DNA of 64,000 bases from Diplonema japonicum (GCA_964019335.1 OZ025689.1:248001-312000), one strand, 5' to 3'; shown: positions 24,038 to 36,340, counted from the first letter of the stretch. The notes: generated from the letters alone by a model not told the origin. Made by a program: numbers and translations.

Positions 24038-24928
24038 TCAATTGTTGCTTGTCTGCCCCAATTTTCTCGCTTCAGCCGCCTGGTCAGCATCTTTGATGTG
24101 CTCGGTCACGAATGGGTTGAACTCCTTCTGGCTGATCGACGCAAACTCATGGTTCACATCCCTGTGGTGCATCTCGTCAGCACAGATCTGCTTCACAACT
24201 TCCAAGAAGCTGGCGTCCTTCGGAAGCCTCCAGTAGTCGATGGCGATTACAGGGGCCGGCAGGTCCTTCCACTCCTTGTTGATCTTTGACCCTGGAGTCT
24301 CAAGATGCTTGATGATGTTCAAGTAGGTCTGCACTGCGGTCTCCTCCAAGTACCCCACAAACCTGTGAACTAACTGGGGCCTGATGACGTAGACAGCTGT
24401 CAGCAACGCAACAAGCGTGTACTGCAGCCCCACCACCGCGAGACGTGTCGCCAGCCCGGGGGAGAACATGTTCATGAAGACAAGGAGGTGCATCCTCTCG
24501 TTCTCCGCCTCCTCCAGCAGGGTGTGGATCCAACCCCCGTCACGCTCCATCTTCCTCAGCGACCTGAAATGCCGGATCCCCGCCGCCACCATCCCAGGAC
24601 ACCCTGCAATGGACTCCAAGATGAGCACCCTGTAGATGAGGGACTTGGGAGAGGGGTCTTCCTTGTTGAACCCAGTGATGAAGTTGAAAGCATGGTAGCA
24701 CGCCATCACAGCCCCGTAGGTGAGGCGGTCCATGAAGCCCTGCGGTTTGAAGTGCACGGCAACCTTCGCTTCTTTCTCCAGTATTTTCGCCAGCTCCTGC
24801 TCTTCCCACACGTGGTTCTGGGTCGGGTTGGCCCACTTCTCCTGTTTCTTGAGAGGGTGCTGGTGGGGACTGAGGTTGAAATGGACCTGAGCCTGCATGA
24901 GCATCCTGGTTCTGGCAAGGCCGAGCAT
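24038..24928 (-). CDS. AOX: Alternative oxidase, copy 1
   Basis: Di-iron motifs LESIAGCPGMV, LLEEAENERMHL, HRFVGYLEETAV, ADEMHHRDVNH; Arg-containing presequence MLGLARTR. Confidence 0.95.
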   Translation of the reverse strand: MLGLARTRMLMQAQVHFNLSPHQHPLKKQEKWANPTQNHVWEEQELAKILEKEAKVAVHFKPQGFMDRLTYGAVMACYHAFNFITGFNKEDPSPKSLIYRVLILESIAGCPGMVAAGIRHFRSLRKMERDGGWIHTLLEEAENERMHLLVFMNMFSPGLATRLAVVGLQYTLVALLTAVYVIRPQLVHRFVGYLEETAVQTYLNIIKHLETPGSKINKEWKDLPAPVIAIDYWRLPKDASFLEVVKQICADEMHHRDVNHEFASISQKEFNPFVTEHIKDADQAAEARKLGQTSNN

Positions 24929-25326
24929 CTTCTTTTTCTTTTTTGTTGTTAAATTGAATCTAGAAATGGGTGTTATGTGTGGGAAAATTCGACTTAGCAT
25001 ATTCTCAGACGCTGCAGGGCTCGGACATGCTCATGGACATAGACGTACAGACAGCTAGCGGGACCTTGCTTGATTTCTGAGGTCTAGAATCTTGAAAGAA
25101 TAATGGTAATAAACAAAAATAATATTCTGGGATGGGGGTGTTTGCAACGACCCACCAAGGAAATATAAAGGGGGGATGGAGGAAGAAGCCGCTTTTTTTC
25201 GGTTTTCTTTTTCTTTTTTCTTTTATTGTCGGCAAGGCGACGATGTATGGAAGTGTTGAATAGTAAAAATACAAGTAAAAATAAATGGAAAAAAAAAGGG
25301 GGGGTACCTTATTTCTTTTTGATAAT

Positions 25327-25370
<44 letters not shown>

Positions 25371-26270
25371 GTAATGGGGAGAAAAAAAAGAAAAAAAGAA
25401 AAAAGAAAAAAAACTGGCGGGGGAAAATTCAATCGTCCAGTTTTGTTCCAAATCGTCCAGTTCTTTTTTTTTTTTTTTTAATTCCAGTATAAATCCCCAC
25501 CATTTTTTCTTTTCTTTTTTTCTTTTTTCTTTTTTTTTCCCTCGTTGCAGTACGAAAGGGCACATGGCCACCAATACCCCTTTGATAGCTTACGCATGTT
25601 GCAGGAGGCATCCTCTTGCTTTTGCTACGAAGCTAATCCGAAAAAGTGCCATGCTCTTTTTTTTTTTTTTTTTTTTTTTTTCTTGAAAATATCGAAAATA
25701 AAAGCTAGAACAAAAAAACGGATCAAAAAAAAAAAAAAAAAAAAAAAAATGGAGAAAAAAAATAATATCGTGGTGGTTGACGAGTCTTCGAAATTTCTTT
25801 TACAAGGAGAAAGGGGGTAAGATTGGTGAGACACCCGGTGCGTTAGAATATAGTCAACAATTGCGCACTATCAGAATATACTGTACAGTATAAATATATT
25901 GCAGTGATATGAGGGCTTTAAAGAACATACCAACCTTTAGAGACAGGGGAGAAAAATAAAAAAAATGGAAAACCCCAGGTAACTCCCGGCCTCTTATCGC
26001 TGAGATAGAAAACGGGTAGAAAGTGGAACAAAAAAAAAAAAAAAAAAAAAAAAGAAGAAGTCGGTAACAAAAAAAAAAAAGTCTTCTGCTCAGGGGAGGG
26101 GGGATATAAAAAAAAAAGAAATTCCTTCCCTTTTCGGAGTTAAAAACAAAGAAATACCCCCTCTATTTTTTTCGTCTTTTTGAAGCGTGCATCAGCAGCC
26201 CGACAGTGCGGAAAGACTTCAAGAGGGATGGGAAAGAAGAGCAAGAAGAACACAACAACAAAAAAAAGTC

Positions 26271-26313
<43 letters not shown>

Positions 26314-26486
26314 CATCTGTTTGTGCATAAATACTGCACGCTGCTCCTCAAGAAACTGAGCACTTGTTCAATACAAAAAAAAGAGTCGGCTGTTTGTGCA
26401 AGCCGGGGGAAGAAGAAAAAAAAAAAAGCAATATATGAGAAAACGTATAATAAGTGAATGAACCCTCAACACGTTCGGCTTCTCCA

Positions 26487-27377
26487 TCACATCTTGGCTT
26501 CTGGTTGTTTCCTTGCTTCAGCCGCCTGGTCAGCATCTTTGATGTGCTCGGTCACGAATGGGTTGAACTCCTTCTGGCTGATCGACGCAAACTCATGGTT
26601 CACATCCCTGTGGTGCATCTCGTCAGCACAGATCTGCTTCACAACTTCCAAGAAGCTGGCGTCCTTCGGAAGCCTCCAGTAGTCGATGGCGATTACAGGG
26701 GCCGGCAGGTCCTTCCACTCCTTGTTGATCTTTGACCCTGGAGTCTCAAGATGCTTGATGATGTTCAAGTAGGTCTGCACTGCGGTCTCCTCCAAGTACC
26801 CCACAAACCTGTGAACTAACTGGGGCCTGATGACGTAGACAGCTGTCAGCAACGCAACAAGCGTGTACTGCAGCCCCACCACCGCGAGACGTGTCGCCAG
26901 CCCGGGGGAGAACATGTTCATGAAGACAAGGAGGTGCATCCTCTCGTTCTCCGCCTCCTCCAGCAGGGTGTGGATCCAACCCCCGTCACGCTCCATCTTC
27001 CTCAGCGACCTGAAATGCCGGATCCCCGCCGCCACCATCCCAGGACACCCTGCAATGGACTCCAAGATGAGCACCCTGTAGATGAGGGACTTGGGAGAGG
27101 GGTCTTCCTTGTTGAACCCAGTGATGAAGTTGAAAGCATGGTAGCACGCCATCACAGCCCCGTAGGTGAGGCGGTCCATGAAGCCCTGCGGTTTGAAGTG
27201 CACGGCAACCTTCGCTTCTTTCTCCAGTATTTTCGCCAGCTCCTGCTCTTCCCACACGTGGTTCTGGGTCGGGTTGGCCCACTTCTTTTCCTTCCCAAGA
27301 GGGTGCTGCTGAGGTGTGAGCCTGAAATGGACCTGAGCCTGCATGAGCATCCTGGTTCTGGCAAGGCCGAGCATCAT
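26487..27377 (-). CDS. AOX: Alternative oxidase, copy 2
   Basis: Core identical to copy 1. Confidence 0.95.
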   Translation of the reverse strand: MMLGLARTRMLMQAQVHFRLTPQQHPLGKEKKWANPTQNHVWEEQELAKILEKEAKVAVHFKPQGFMDRLTYGAVMACYHAFNFITGFNKEDPSPKSLIYRVLILESIAGCPGMVAAGIRHFRSLRKMERDGGWIHTLLEEAENERMHLLVFMNMFSPGLATRLAVVGLQYTLVALLTAVYVIRPQLVHRFVGYLEETAVQTYLNIIKHLETPGSKINKEWKDLPAPVIAIDYWRLPKDASFLEVVKQICADEMHHRDVNHEFASISQKEFNPFVTEHIKDADQAAEARKQPEAKM

Positions 27378-28231
27378 GGTTGGTTTAAGGTAAAGTTGAA
27401 GTTAACTGTGGGGAAACACTGTTCACTGTAAGCAAAAAAAAAAAAACTTTTTCCCACCGTTTCGTTAAACCTACAATTCCGTTTTACCACCAAGTACGGT
27501 AACCTTCTTTCCACCATCCACAGTAACCACAACTTTTCTTTCTCGTCCCACCGTTACTGTAACCACCAAGAATCCCCCTTATGCAATCACAAAATTTTCT
27601 TCCACCATCCACGGTAACCCGTATCCTCCTCGCCGGCTTGCCTATCTGTGACTTGGTCACGATAGGTGGCCTGAGGCCATCCTTCATTTTTCACAGGCAG
27701 AAGGAGAGCGGTGGCGAAGTATAAACTGACAAGTAGAAACCCTTAGGTACCCAGAAAGGGTACGACCCCCTAAACCTTGCAGTTATCAGCAGGCGCACTG
27801 CCCGCCCAGTGGAACTTATTTCCTATGTCGAAAACGGCCTCTTCCAGGTCGCTGACGTGGGCCACCACCGCTCGGAGCGGTCGTACGCCATCCCACCTAC
27901 TCGCAGTAAAGGATGTCCAGGCCACTGGTGGGGAAAAAAGGTCTACCGAATAGAGGTTATAATTCTGCTTACAGACTTTGGGTGGAAAAAAAAAAAAAGC
28001 TTTTGCCTAGTGTGAAAGGTGTTTTTCTCGTAACCGTGATACTTAGAATAATACTCAAGCAAAGCAGAGAATAGCAAAGAGGAGGTCTTGTGCACGGCCT
28101 TACAGCACATGGGGACCCCCGATTGTGGAAAATGGGTCTTAAGAGAGATCATAAGGAACATAATTATAAAAAAAGCAACTAAAGCGGTGCCAACGTTGGT
28201 GGAGAAGGTATCATCGTTAGGTGTCACAGAA

Positions 28232-29098
28232 CTATTTCTTGTCCTGCTTTCTAGCTTCAGCCGCCTGGTCAGCATCTTTGATGTGCTCGGTCACGAATGG
28301 GCTGTATCCCTGCTGGCTGATCGACGCAAACTCATGGTTCACATCCCTGTGGTGCATCTCGTCAGCACAGATCTGCTTCACAACTTCCAAGAAGCTGGCG
28401 TCCTTCGGAAGCCTCCAGTAGTCGATGGCGATTACAGGGGCCGGCAGGTCCTTCCACTCCTTGTTGATCTTTGACCCTGGAGTCTCAAGATGCTTGATGA
28501 TGTTCAAGTAGGTCTGCACTGCGGTCTCCTCCAAGTACCCCACAAACCTGTGAACTAACTGGGGCCTGATGACGTAGACAGCTGTCAGCAACGCAACAAG
28601 CGTGTACTGCAGCCCCACCACCGCGAGACGTGTCGCCAGCCCGGGGGAGAACATGTTCATGAAGACAAGGAGGTGCATCCTCTCGTTCTCCGCCTCCTCC
28701 AGCAGGGTGTGGATCCAACCCCCGTCACGCTCCATCTTCCTCAGCGACCTGAAATGCCGGATCCCCGCCGCCACCATCCCAGGACACCCTGCAATGGACT
28801 CCAAGATGAGCACCCTGTAGATGAGGGACTTGGGAGAGGGGTCTTCCTTGTTGAACCCAGTGATGAAGTTGAAAGCATGGTAGCACGCCATCACAGCCCC
28901 GTAGGTGAGGCGGTCCATGAAGCCCTGCGGTTTGAAGTGCACGGCAACCTTCGCTTCTTTCTCCAGTATTTTCGCCAGCTCCTGCTCTTCCCACACGTGG
29001 TTCTGGGTCGGGTTGGCCCACTTCTTTTCCTTCCCAAGAGGGTGCCGACCGGGGGTCAGCCTGAAGTGTGTAAGAAGAACTCTGTGCCGACGGAGCAT
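28232..29098 (-). CDS. AOX: Alternative oxidase, copy 3 (short MLRRHRVLL presequence)
   Basis: Core identical except QGYSP vs KEFNP near the C-terminus. Confidence 0.95.
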   Translation of the reverse strand: MLRRHRVLLTHFRLTPGRHPLGKEKKWANPTQNHVWEEQELAKILEKEAKVAVHFKPQGFMDRLTYGAVMACYHAFNFITGFNKEDPSPKSLIYRVLILESIAGCPGMVAAGIRHFRSLRKMERDGGWIHTLLEEAENERMHLLVFMNMFSPGLATRLAVVGLQYTLVALLTAVYVIRPQLVHRFVGYLEETAVQTYLNIIKHLETPGSKINKEWKDLPAPVIAIDYWRLPKDASFLEVVKQICADEMHHRDVNHEFASISQQGYSPFVTEHIKDADQAAEARKQDKK

Positions 29099-29206
29099 CG
29101 TTAATTAATTATTTAACCCCCTTGTGTACACTGTCAGAACAAAAAAAAAACCCCCCCTCTCCGTATGTACAAAACCTCTCTTCAAAAAAAGCAGGGGGGG
29201 TAAACA

Positions 29207-30001
29207 CTACAAGCTAACGGTGCGGTAAGGGCGTGTAGAGGGGGGAGGAGAAGGTGTAGAAGGACCAGAAGTAAGCACAGAAGCGTGAGAAGGAGCGGGC
29301 AAAGAGGGAGAATCCTCCTGGTCTTGAAAAAAGTTTAAAGCGGCCGTGGCGGCCTCAATGCAACGAGAAGAGGAAGCAGCTAAAGAGGTGAACGGGTTCT
29401 GCAAGGTGGATATCCCCGACGAGACCATCCAAGAGAGCGCAAGCTCGGCAGCTGTTGGAACGTCGTACATCAGAGTGACACTCGTGACAGACTCAAGCAA
29501 GAGCGAGGGGGTGAGGTCTGTCCCCACAGATCTAATCAGAAGGTCGCCATAGAAAGCAAGCATAATGTCGTCTGCCTGTATTGACTCAGAGTACTGGAGG
29601 GGCTTTTGGATGTGATCTTTCAATGCGCTTTGCATAGCTATCCTCCGTTCGGAGTCAGGGGAAGCTTCCCATATAAAACGTAGCATTTTCACGGCCCACT
29701 TTACAAGGTCTTTTACCTCTGTGTCCATGCACTCCGTTTCGTGTAAAATCAGCCCCTGGAACTCTCCCCATGAACCGCACATTCTTAGGACGCCCCTTAG
29801 CACCGCAAAGGCTTCACCCAACTCCACTGGTGTAAGCTGTAGCCCCTGACGGATTGCGGCCTCTCCACAAGATTTTTCCAGCCTCAGACATAGCCCGTAC
29901 ATTGTGGTGCGAAAACCGTCATAAGATTTCAATTTGTCTCTAGGTATGGTCTCGACGGCCCCGTTTCTTCCCTTTTGGGCTGTTTGGATGATGCCGTTCA
30001 T
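29207..30001 (-). CDS. Hypothetical protein, 264 aa
   Basis: Long ORF with coding-like composition on the cluster strand; no motif recognised. Confidence 0.65.
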   Translation of the reverse strand: MNGIIQTAQKGRNGAVETIPRDKLKSYDGFRTTMYGLCLRLEKSCGEAAIRQGLQLTPVELGEAFAVLRGVLRMCGSWGEFQGLILHETECMDTEVKDLVKWAVKMLRFIWEASPDSERRIAMQSALKDHIQKPLQYSESIQADDIMLAFYGDLLIRSVGTDLTPSLLLESVTSVTLMYDVPTAAELALSWMVSSGISTLQNPFTSLAASSSRCIEAATAALNFFQDQEDSPSLPAPSHASVLTSGPSTPSPPPSTRPYRTVSL

Positions 30002-31010
30002 CCTTTTTCTTTTTCCTTTCTTTTTTTTCTCTTTACTATGTGACTAGGAACGAAGAGGGGGAGGGGGGAAATAAATGAGGGTAGAATAGTGAGGGAAATG
30101 GGAAAAGAAGACTTACCATATTTTCTTTTTTTTTTTTCTTTTTTTTTTTCTTTTTTTCTTCTTTTTTTTCTTCTCTATCCGGAGGGCGTAGGAGGAGGGG
30201 TTCTTCTATGTTTGCATGAGTTCTCTTTTTTTTCTTCTTTTTTTTCCTTTGTTTGTTCGCATGTGGCCATTTGTAAGCTACGTTTTTCAGGAACACATCA
30301 GGAACATCTCTGGACACACCCTGGGCTAAGCTAACCAAGGCACTGGTGAAACCAACACATTTTCGCTTATCCAAAAACCTTCGCAAAACGACTCGTATTT
30401 TTCGTATATTTTTGAACTTCTCCACTTTTAAGGTAGAAAACTGCATTTTTTTTTTTTTTTTTTTTTTTCTTGAAGGTTCCTTAGGTCGTCCGAAAATTTT
30501 GATGTGAAATATGAATTCCGTTTACTGCGAAAAAAAAAAAAAAAATTCGCACCACTACAATGCCCAGAAGGTGTTGTCACAACTCTTATTGAGTATTCGC
30601 CTTGTGCCACAAAAAAAAAGGGGGGGGAGAAGAAGAAAAAAAGGAAAAGGAAATGGGAGTCGACTCTTAAGTTAGGATAAGGCAAAAAGAAAGAAAGAAA
30701 GAAAAAAAAAACATTCATTTTGTTGTTGGTTTACCTAAGGTCGTAAAAGCGGATTTATTCTCTTCTTTTTTTTCCCGTTTTTTCATCCGCATCTCGTCTT
30801 TAAGGACGGGGAAATAGAAAAAAAGCATGGGTAGCGATCAAAGCAAGACACGTTGCTATAGTCAAGTTCGTGATAATCTTCCATTCATGTTGGCCATGAA
30901 CCAGGATTTTTTTTTTCTTTTTTCTTTTTCTTTTCTTGACAGATTCTGTGAAAACTTCTAGAGCGGATTCTTCAGTTCAAAAAAGAAAAAAAAAAAAAAA
31001 AAGAGACTAT

Positions 31011-31330
31011 TTAAGGGTGCCTGCAGTATGTGGCAGGGCGCCCTGCACAAGTATCGTCTACTTGATTACAGGGGGCGCCCCTCGGCCTAGTTGTAGCTTC
31101 TTCTGCGTTCCGCGTCGTGTCCTTAATGCGTGCGGTGTGCAACTCAACCGGCGCCCCTGGTAACCAAGATTCTGAGCCCGTGCAGTTTGCTGCCTGTTCG
31201 TCACCCTGAGCATCTGCGATACGTTCTTCCACTCGGGCGCTACCGGTGATGACCAACGTGGAGGTCAACAGCGAACAACAGATATGATGTACTTCTTTAT
31301 ATTTCCATATTTCTGTGTTATCCCCACCAC
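31011..31330. repeat. Dispersed ~270-320 bp element, copy 1
   Basis: Aligns with 31972-32282 (gtctacttgattacagggggcgc ... gttatccccaccacc). Confidence 0.85.
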
Positions 31331-31971
31331 CAAAAAAAAAAAAAAAAAAAAAAAGCAACCCCCGTTTTTTTTAGGAGTTAAAGGAAAGGGAAAAAAAAGG
31401 GGGGGGACGGAAAGTGACAAGAAGGATTTCTTTAAAAAAAAAAAAAAAAAAAAAAGACACAAACTCACTATATTCAGTATGATGATAAAGAGGGGGAACA
31501 GCCCAAAAGGCTGGGTCAAAAAGTGGGCCGTTGTTTTGCAGAAACCCGGAGATTTTTTTTTTCTTTTTTTAGATGCATATTGACCCGTAAAATAAAACAC
31601 ATTTGCCAACGTCCTGTTTTTGTTAGACAAGTTTTGTTAAGATTTGTTCTTGCAGGGGGGGGGGGGGGGGGTATTATTTTCATCATATAATCGTGCACAC
31701 TTTTTCTTTCGATTTTTCTTTTTCTATGCAAAGCATTAAAAATTACATTTGGAGGAGCCAAGAGGAGGATTGGACGCTGGGGGGGCTCAGGGAAGAAAGG
31801 AAGAAAGGAAAACAGCCTTTTTTTTTTTAAAAAAAAGAAAGAAACCTGTTTTCCCATACCACTATCACCCTGAAGGGGAGGCGTTACTTTAAAAAAAGAA
31901 AAGAGTTAAACAAATTATGGGGAGTGGGGGGAGTGAGAAAAATAAAATGGACAAATAAAAAAAAATATGAG

Positions 31972-32282
31972 TTAAAGGAGGCCGGTGTTGGCGGCGCAAG
32001 AACTGTCTACTTGATTACAGGGGGCGCACCGCGGCCGAGTTGTAGCTTCTTCTGCGTTCCGCGTCGTGTCCTTAATGCGGGCGGTGTGCAGCTCAACCCC
32101 AGCCGGGGCGTCCCGGGTAACCAAGACTCTGCGCTCGTGCAGTTTGCTGCCTGTTCGTCACCCTGAGCATCTGCTTTATGATCTTCCACTCGGGCGCTAC
32201 CGGTGATGACCGACGAGGAGGTCAACAGCGAACAACACATCTGATGTTTTTCTTATATTTTCATGTTATCCCCACCACCTTT
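31972..32282. repeat. Dispersed ~270-320 bp element, copy 2
   Basis: As above. Its left ~30 bp also occurs at 16263-16295. Confidence 0.85.
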
Positions 32283-32398
32283 GGAAAAAAAAAAAAAAAA
32301 AACCTCTTTTTTAAATTAAGGAGAGCCCACTAACCCTGGACTGCACCCACCGTCTCTCCCCCCCTATACACCCCCTTTGCAAAATCAACTTAAAGCAT

Positions 32399-32444
<46 letters not shown>

Positions 32445-33354
32445 CCTTCAAAATCATAACCCCCCTAGACGAGACTTCGCTAAGTACTTTAGGCCCCGGA
32501 CTTGATGCATGTCTGATCCCATCGAGGTCGCTTTGAACACCCGGGATTTTTTTCTTATTATTAATATTTTTTTTTTCTCTTAGCTCTCGTCCTTTAGAGG
32601 AAACTAAAGGGGGGAAAAAAAGAGGGGGGGGGGGGTAGAAAAAAATTATTCATAAAAGATCTTTCCTCACCACAGTGTCTTATGACCACCAGCCCTATGC
32701 CTAACCCTGCTGCTTTCATCTTGTCAAATTCAACGCCCACAGGATCCCTTGATGAAACGTCAATCTTTTTTGTATGGAAAATCAAAAGAGAAATGATACG
32801 CAATATATACCACCCCCCCACCCCCTCCCTTCCCGCCTTACAATTTTCTTTCTTTCTCCCTTACTATATCCCCTGTATATAACCTTTTCTCCTCCCCCCT
32901 TTTCTTTTTTTTGAGAAGTGATTTGTTGACTCCAAAACACAGAAAGCATCGGGTACTAAGCAAGTGTTACTGGGGGGGGGGGGGGAGATAGAAACAATAA
33001 AATATGGTAAAAAAGCCGACCGTCTTCGCTCTGTGCACACCATCCACAACAGATGGGAAGGGGGGGGGGGGGGGGGGGTTAAAGGATAGAGAAAAGGAGG
33101 TGGTGGGAAATTAGAAAACACTTCTCTTCTTTTCATATTCTTTTACTGGACATTGCTTCTTTTTTGTTGTGCTTTTAACGGAGTGGGAGTGGGGGGGGGG
33201 GGGGGGGGGGGGACCCCCCTTCATAACCTTTCGTACCATTATTGTTCGCATTAGTTTTAAAAAAAAATGCATAAGGTAATAAAATTATCCGAACATCATC
33301 TGGAACATGGAACCCGCGAGAAGGAAGGAAGGAAGGGTTTATTCTGACACGTGC

Positions 33355-33360
33355 ACTCTC

Positions 33361-33400
<40 letters not shown>

Positions 33401-33410
33401 TCTCTCTCCC
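33355..33410. repeat. (CT)n microsatellite
   Basis: Directly visible. Confidence 0.9.
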
Positions 33411-33508
33411 TTTTCTTTCTTTCTTTTGTCAGGTCCCCGCTGATAGATAAAGAAGAGAAGACAAAAGAGAGAAAGAAAAGGGACACCCCACTCAAACGAC
33501 AACTCTAC

Positions 33509-33731
33509 TTAAGTACAGGCATGATTCCCATCACCCTTGTGCGGCCCCGTAGGGGAAGTCCCCTCCACTGAGCAGTCCTCTGCCCGTTCGTCACTTAAAA
33601 AAAAAGGGGGGGGTGTCCTGTACCTCTCACCCAGCTAGTTTACTATTTTGGTGGGTTTCCGGGGATTTATCTTGTTTAATGGCCGAGGGTTGCATCGAGA
33701 ACTTGGTGAACGCCATGAAGCCGAGAAGCTG

Positions 33732-33779
<48 letters not shown>

Positions 33780-34183
33780 CGTTCTCCACACACCATGCCG
33801 AAATAACAGAACCACTCATTAGCAGGGACAGGCTCGTGGTACACAGTTGCACCCACAACAACAACGATGACGTTGCGCACGGTGCCGAGCACCTTCAACA
33901 TGGTGCTGGAGGTGGCTTGGATCACTGCAAAGGTCAGGTAGTTGACCGCTAGGCCCAACACCGCTGCTGCAAGAAACCTGTTGCTGTTTGCAGCGATGAT
34001 GGAATAGTCCCCTGTGAGCCCTATGGTGCGCCACTCTCCACCGAACGCGGCAAACAAGAAAAGGCAGAAGCACGACGGGGGCGCCAAGAAGCACTGGCTC
34101 TCAATGATCGACATCTTTTTCTTCTTCAAAAGGAATTGGGTGAGGACGAGGGCAAGCCCCTCCGTGCCTTGAGCCATCGCCTG

Positions 34184-34222
<39 letters not shown>

Positions 34223-34762
34223 AAAAGAAAATGGGAAATCACACCATCAGGAAGAGACCCACAGGCGTGGCGTGTGCCTCAACGACTGTTGTCGCTGCAG
34301 TGAAGAAGGCGATGGCAAGAACGCTCAACGTGACCGAGAGCTTGGGCCTCCCTTCCACACCTGTTATGACCAAGAGGAAGAGCATGAGGACAGGGGAGAA
34401 GGCTTTCAACATCTGGATGTAACCCATGTTGAGGTGCAGATAGACGGCGTTCCCGAAACTGAGCGTGAGCGCCTTGAAAAGACCGACGAGGAAGCAACTT
34501 TTTTTTTTTTTTTTTTTTTCTTTCCATACCTTATCGCGCCTGTTCCACTGACTTGCTCCCACGCCTCAGGGCTAATAGTTGCTTTCCCCGACTTGACCAG
34601 TGTCCACACTGCCACTGCGATGAAAACCTGTCCGAGACTGCTAAGTGTCACAGGGTAACTAAATTTCAAATCATGCAAGATGTGCTTGTTCAACACGATG
34701 AGGCTCGGGCCGACAATGATGTACAGCATCGACATCACGAAAGGTTTCATGAAACTTGCCAT
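33509..34762 (-). CDS. Triose-phosphate/nucleotide-sugar transporter family (DMT, SLC35-like), paralog 1, 5 exons
   Basis: LNKHILHDLKFSYPVTL, GNAVYLHLNMGYIQMLKAFSP, VNYLTFAVIQATSSTMLKVLGTVRN. GT-AG introns 34498-34529, 34181-34244, 33729-33793 and (tentative) 33594-33630 give a continuous frame. Confidence 0.85.
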
Positions 34763-36302
34763 GTCCTTCTCTTCTCGCATTGCGGACCCTTACCTGCGGG
34801 TGGGAATGTAGAATCGATGAATGGTTGGGGAAAAAAAAAGAGGGGGTTTTTTTGGGGGGATAAAAAAAAAAGAAAACGGCAAGCAGGGAAAAACGGCGAT
34901 GAAGAAGGCAAATAAAAAAAAATGAAATAAAAAAAAAAAGGAAGAAGAAAATTGGGGAGAGTGGAGTCGGGTGTGACAACAACAAAAAAGAAAAAAAAAG
35001 GGGGGGGGAAGAGGGTGAAAGGGGAAGGAAAGGAAATGGGCTTCATCTCTTTTTCTTTTTCTTCTTTCTTTTTTTTGTTGATCCAGAAAAACCATGTCCC
35101 TTTTTTTTTTGTTTGAATTTAAAAAAAGATTTTAAAAAAATAATAACAATAATAAAAAGGGGGGTCCCACCCTCCCGCTTTTCTGTTCTTTTTGAAAGCT
35201 CTCTTTGCAGCCTCTCCTTCTTTTTTTTCTTCTTTCTTTATCCTTCGGCGGCCGGGACACGTGAAGTAAGAGAGGAGAGCAAGAAGAGAGAAAAAAAAGA
35301 TTATTCCTGCCGCCTTCTTTGGGCTTGATAACTTCTCTTGCACTCATTTCCTGTTTCTTCTCTTGAAGCAGGTCAACACGGAACGGTATTTAAAAAAAAA
35401 ATTGAAAGAAAAGGGAAAGGGAGGGGGAAAAAAAAATTGTACAACCCGTGAAAAATAAAATTCGCATTGATGGGAGAGAAGCAGTTCGTGACCCCTCACC
35501 ACAAAACAGGGAATATCTACATTTTTTTTTTTTCTTTTGATTCTTTTTTATTTTTTTAACCTGGCGTGAAGTCCCATACTGGGAGGAAATGGGAGTGCAT
35601 TGAGAAACGAGATCAAATTTCTCCTCTTGTTCTCGTTCCTTACATACACCCCTCTCGCCCACTACCCGTCCTGGAAGAAAGAAAACAACTAAGGGGGAGA
35701 AGGGATGGAATAGAATAACATTAGAGTTATTATAATGGAAAAAAAAGGGGGGGAGGGGATGATTGGGGCCGGTGGTACGTGTCTTTGAAAAAAAAAAAGA
35801 TTCTGACTAGGCAACCAGAGGCTTGGCCCCCCTCCTCTCAATTATTATTTTGCCTGCACCATGTTCTGGTTAGGATGACGAAAAAGAACAAAAAAAATGT
35901 GGGAGCACCAAAATTCCCCCTTTAAACTACCAGTATGGCTAAATCATTGGTGGGTGGAGGGGGGGGGGGGGGGGGGGTGAGGGAAGGTTCCAGTTTTTAT
36001 ACATGATGCCGAGCCAAACATTTTCCAACACTTCCAAACGGTCTGCAAGGGTGGCAGCTTGACACTGTCATGTACAGAGATTAAAAATATTTTTACTGAA
36101 ACCTATTCACCACATCCCAGTCGCACTCCTTTTGGAATTTAGCTGGCGGGTAAGGTTAGCCAAAGACTTGTTGCCAACATTCTTTTTTTTTTTTTTTTTT
36201 CCCGATAACTACCATAACAAGTGTTTCATTGTTCATCAAGAAGAAGAAAAAAGAAAAGGAAAAAAAAAAATTGAGGAGGTAAAGGGTATCATCACTTCCT
36301 CT

Positions 36303-36340
<38 letters not shown>

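Noticed and set aside
32204-32245. GTGATGA...CTGA, possible C/D snoRNA
   Set aside because: Too short, antisense to the cluster, and box D is not conserved in the other copy (ATGA).
33545-33570. TAGGGGAAGTCCCC resembling the RNase MRP CR-I motif
   Set aside because: No CR-V partner seen. The region reads as the last coding exon of the transporter on the minus strand.
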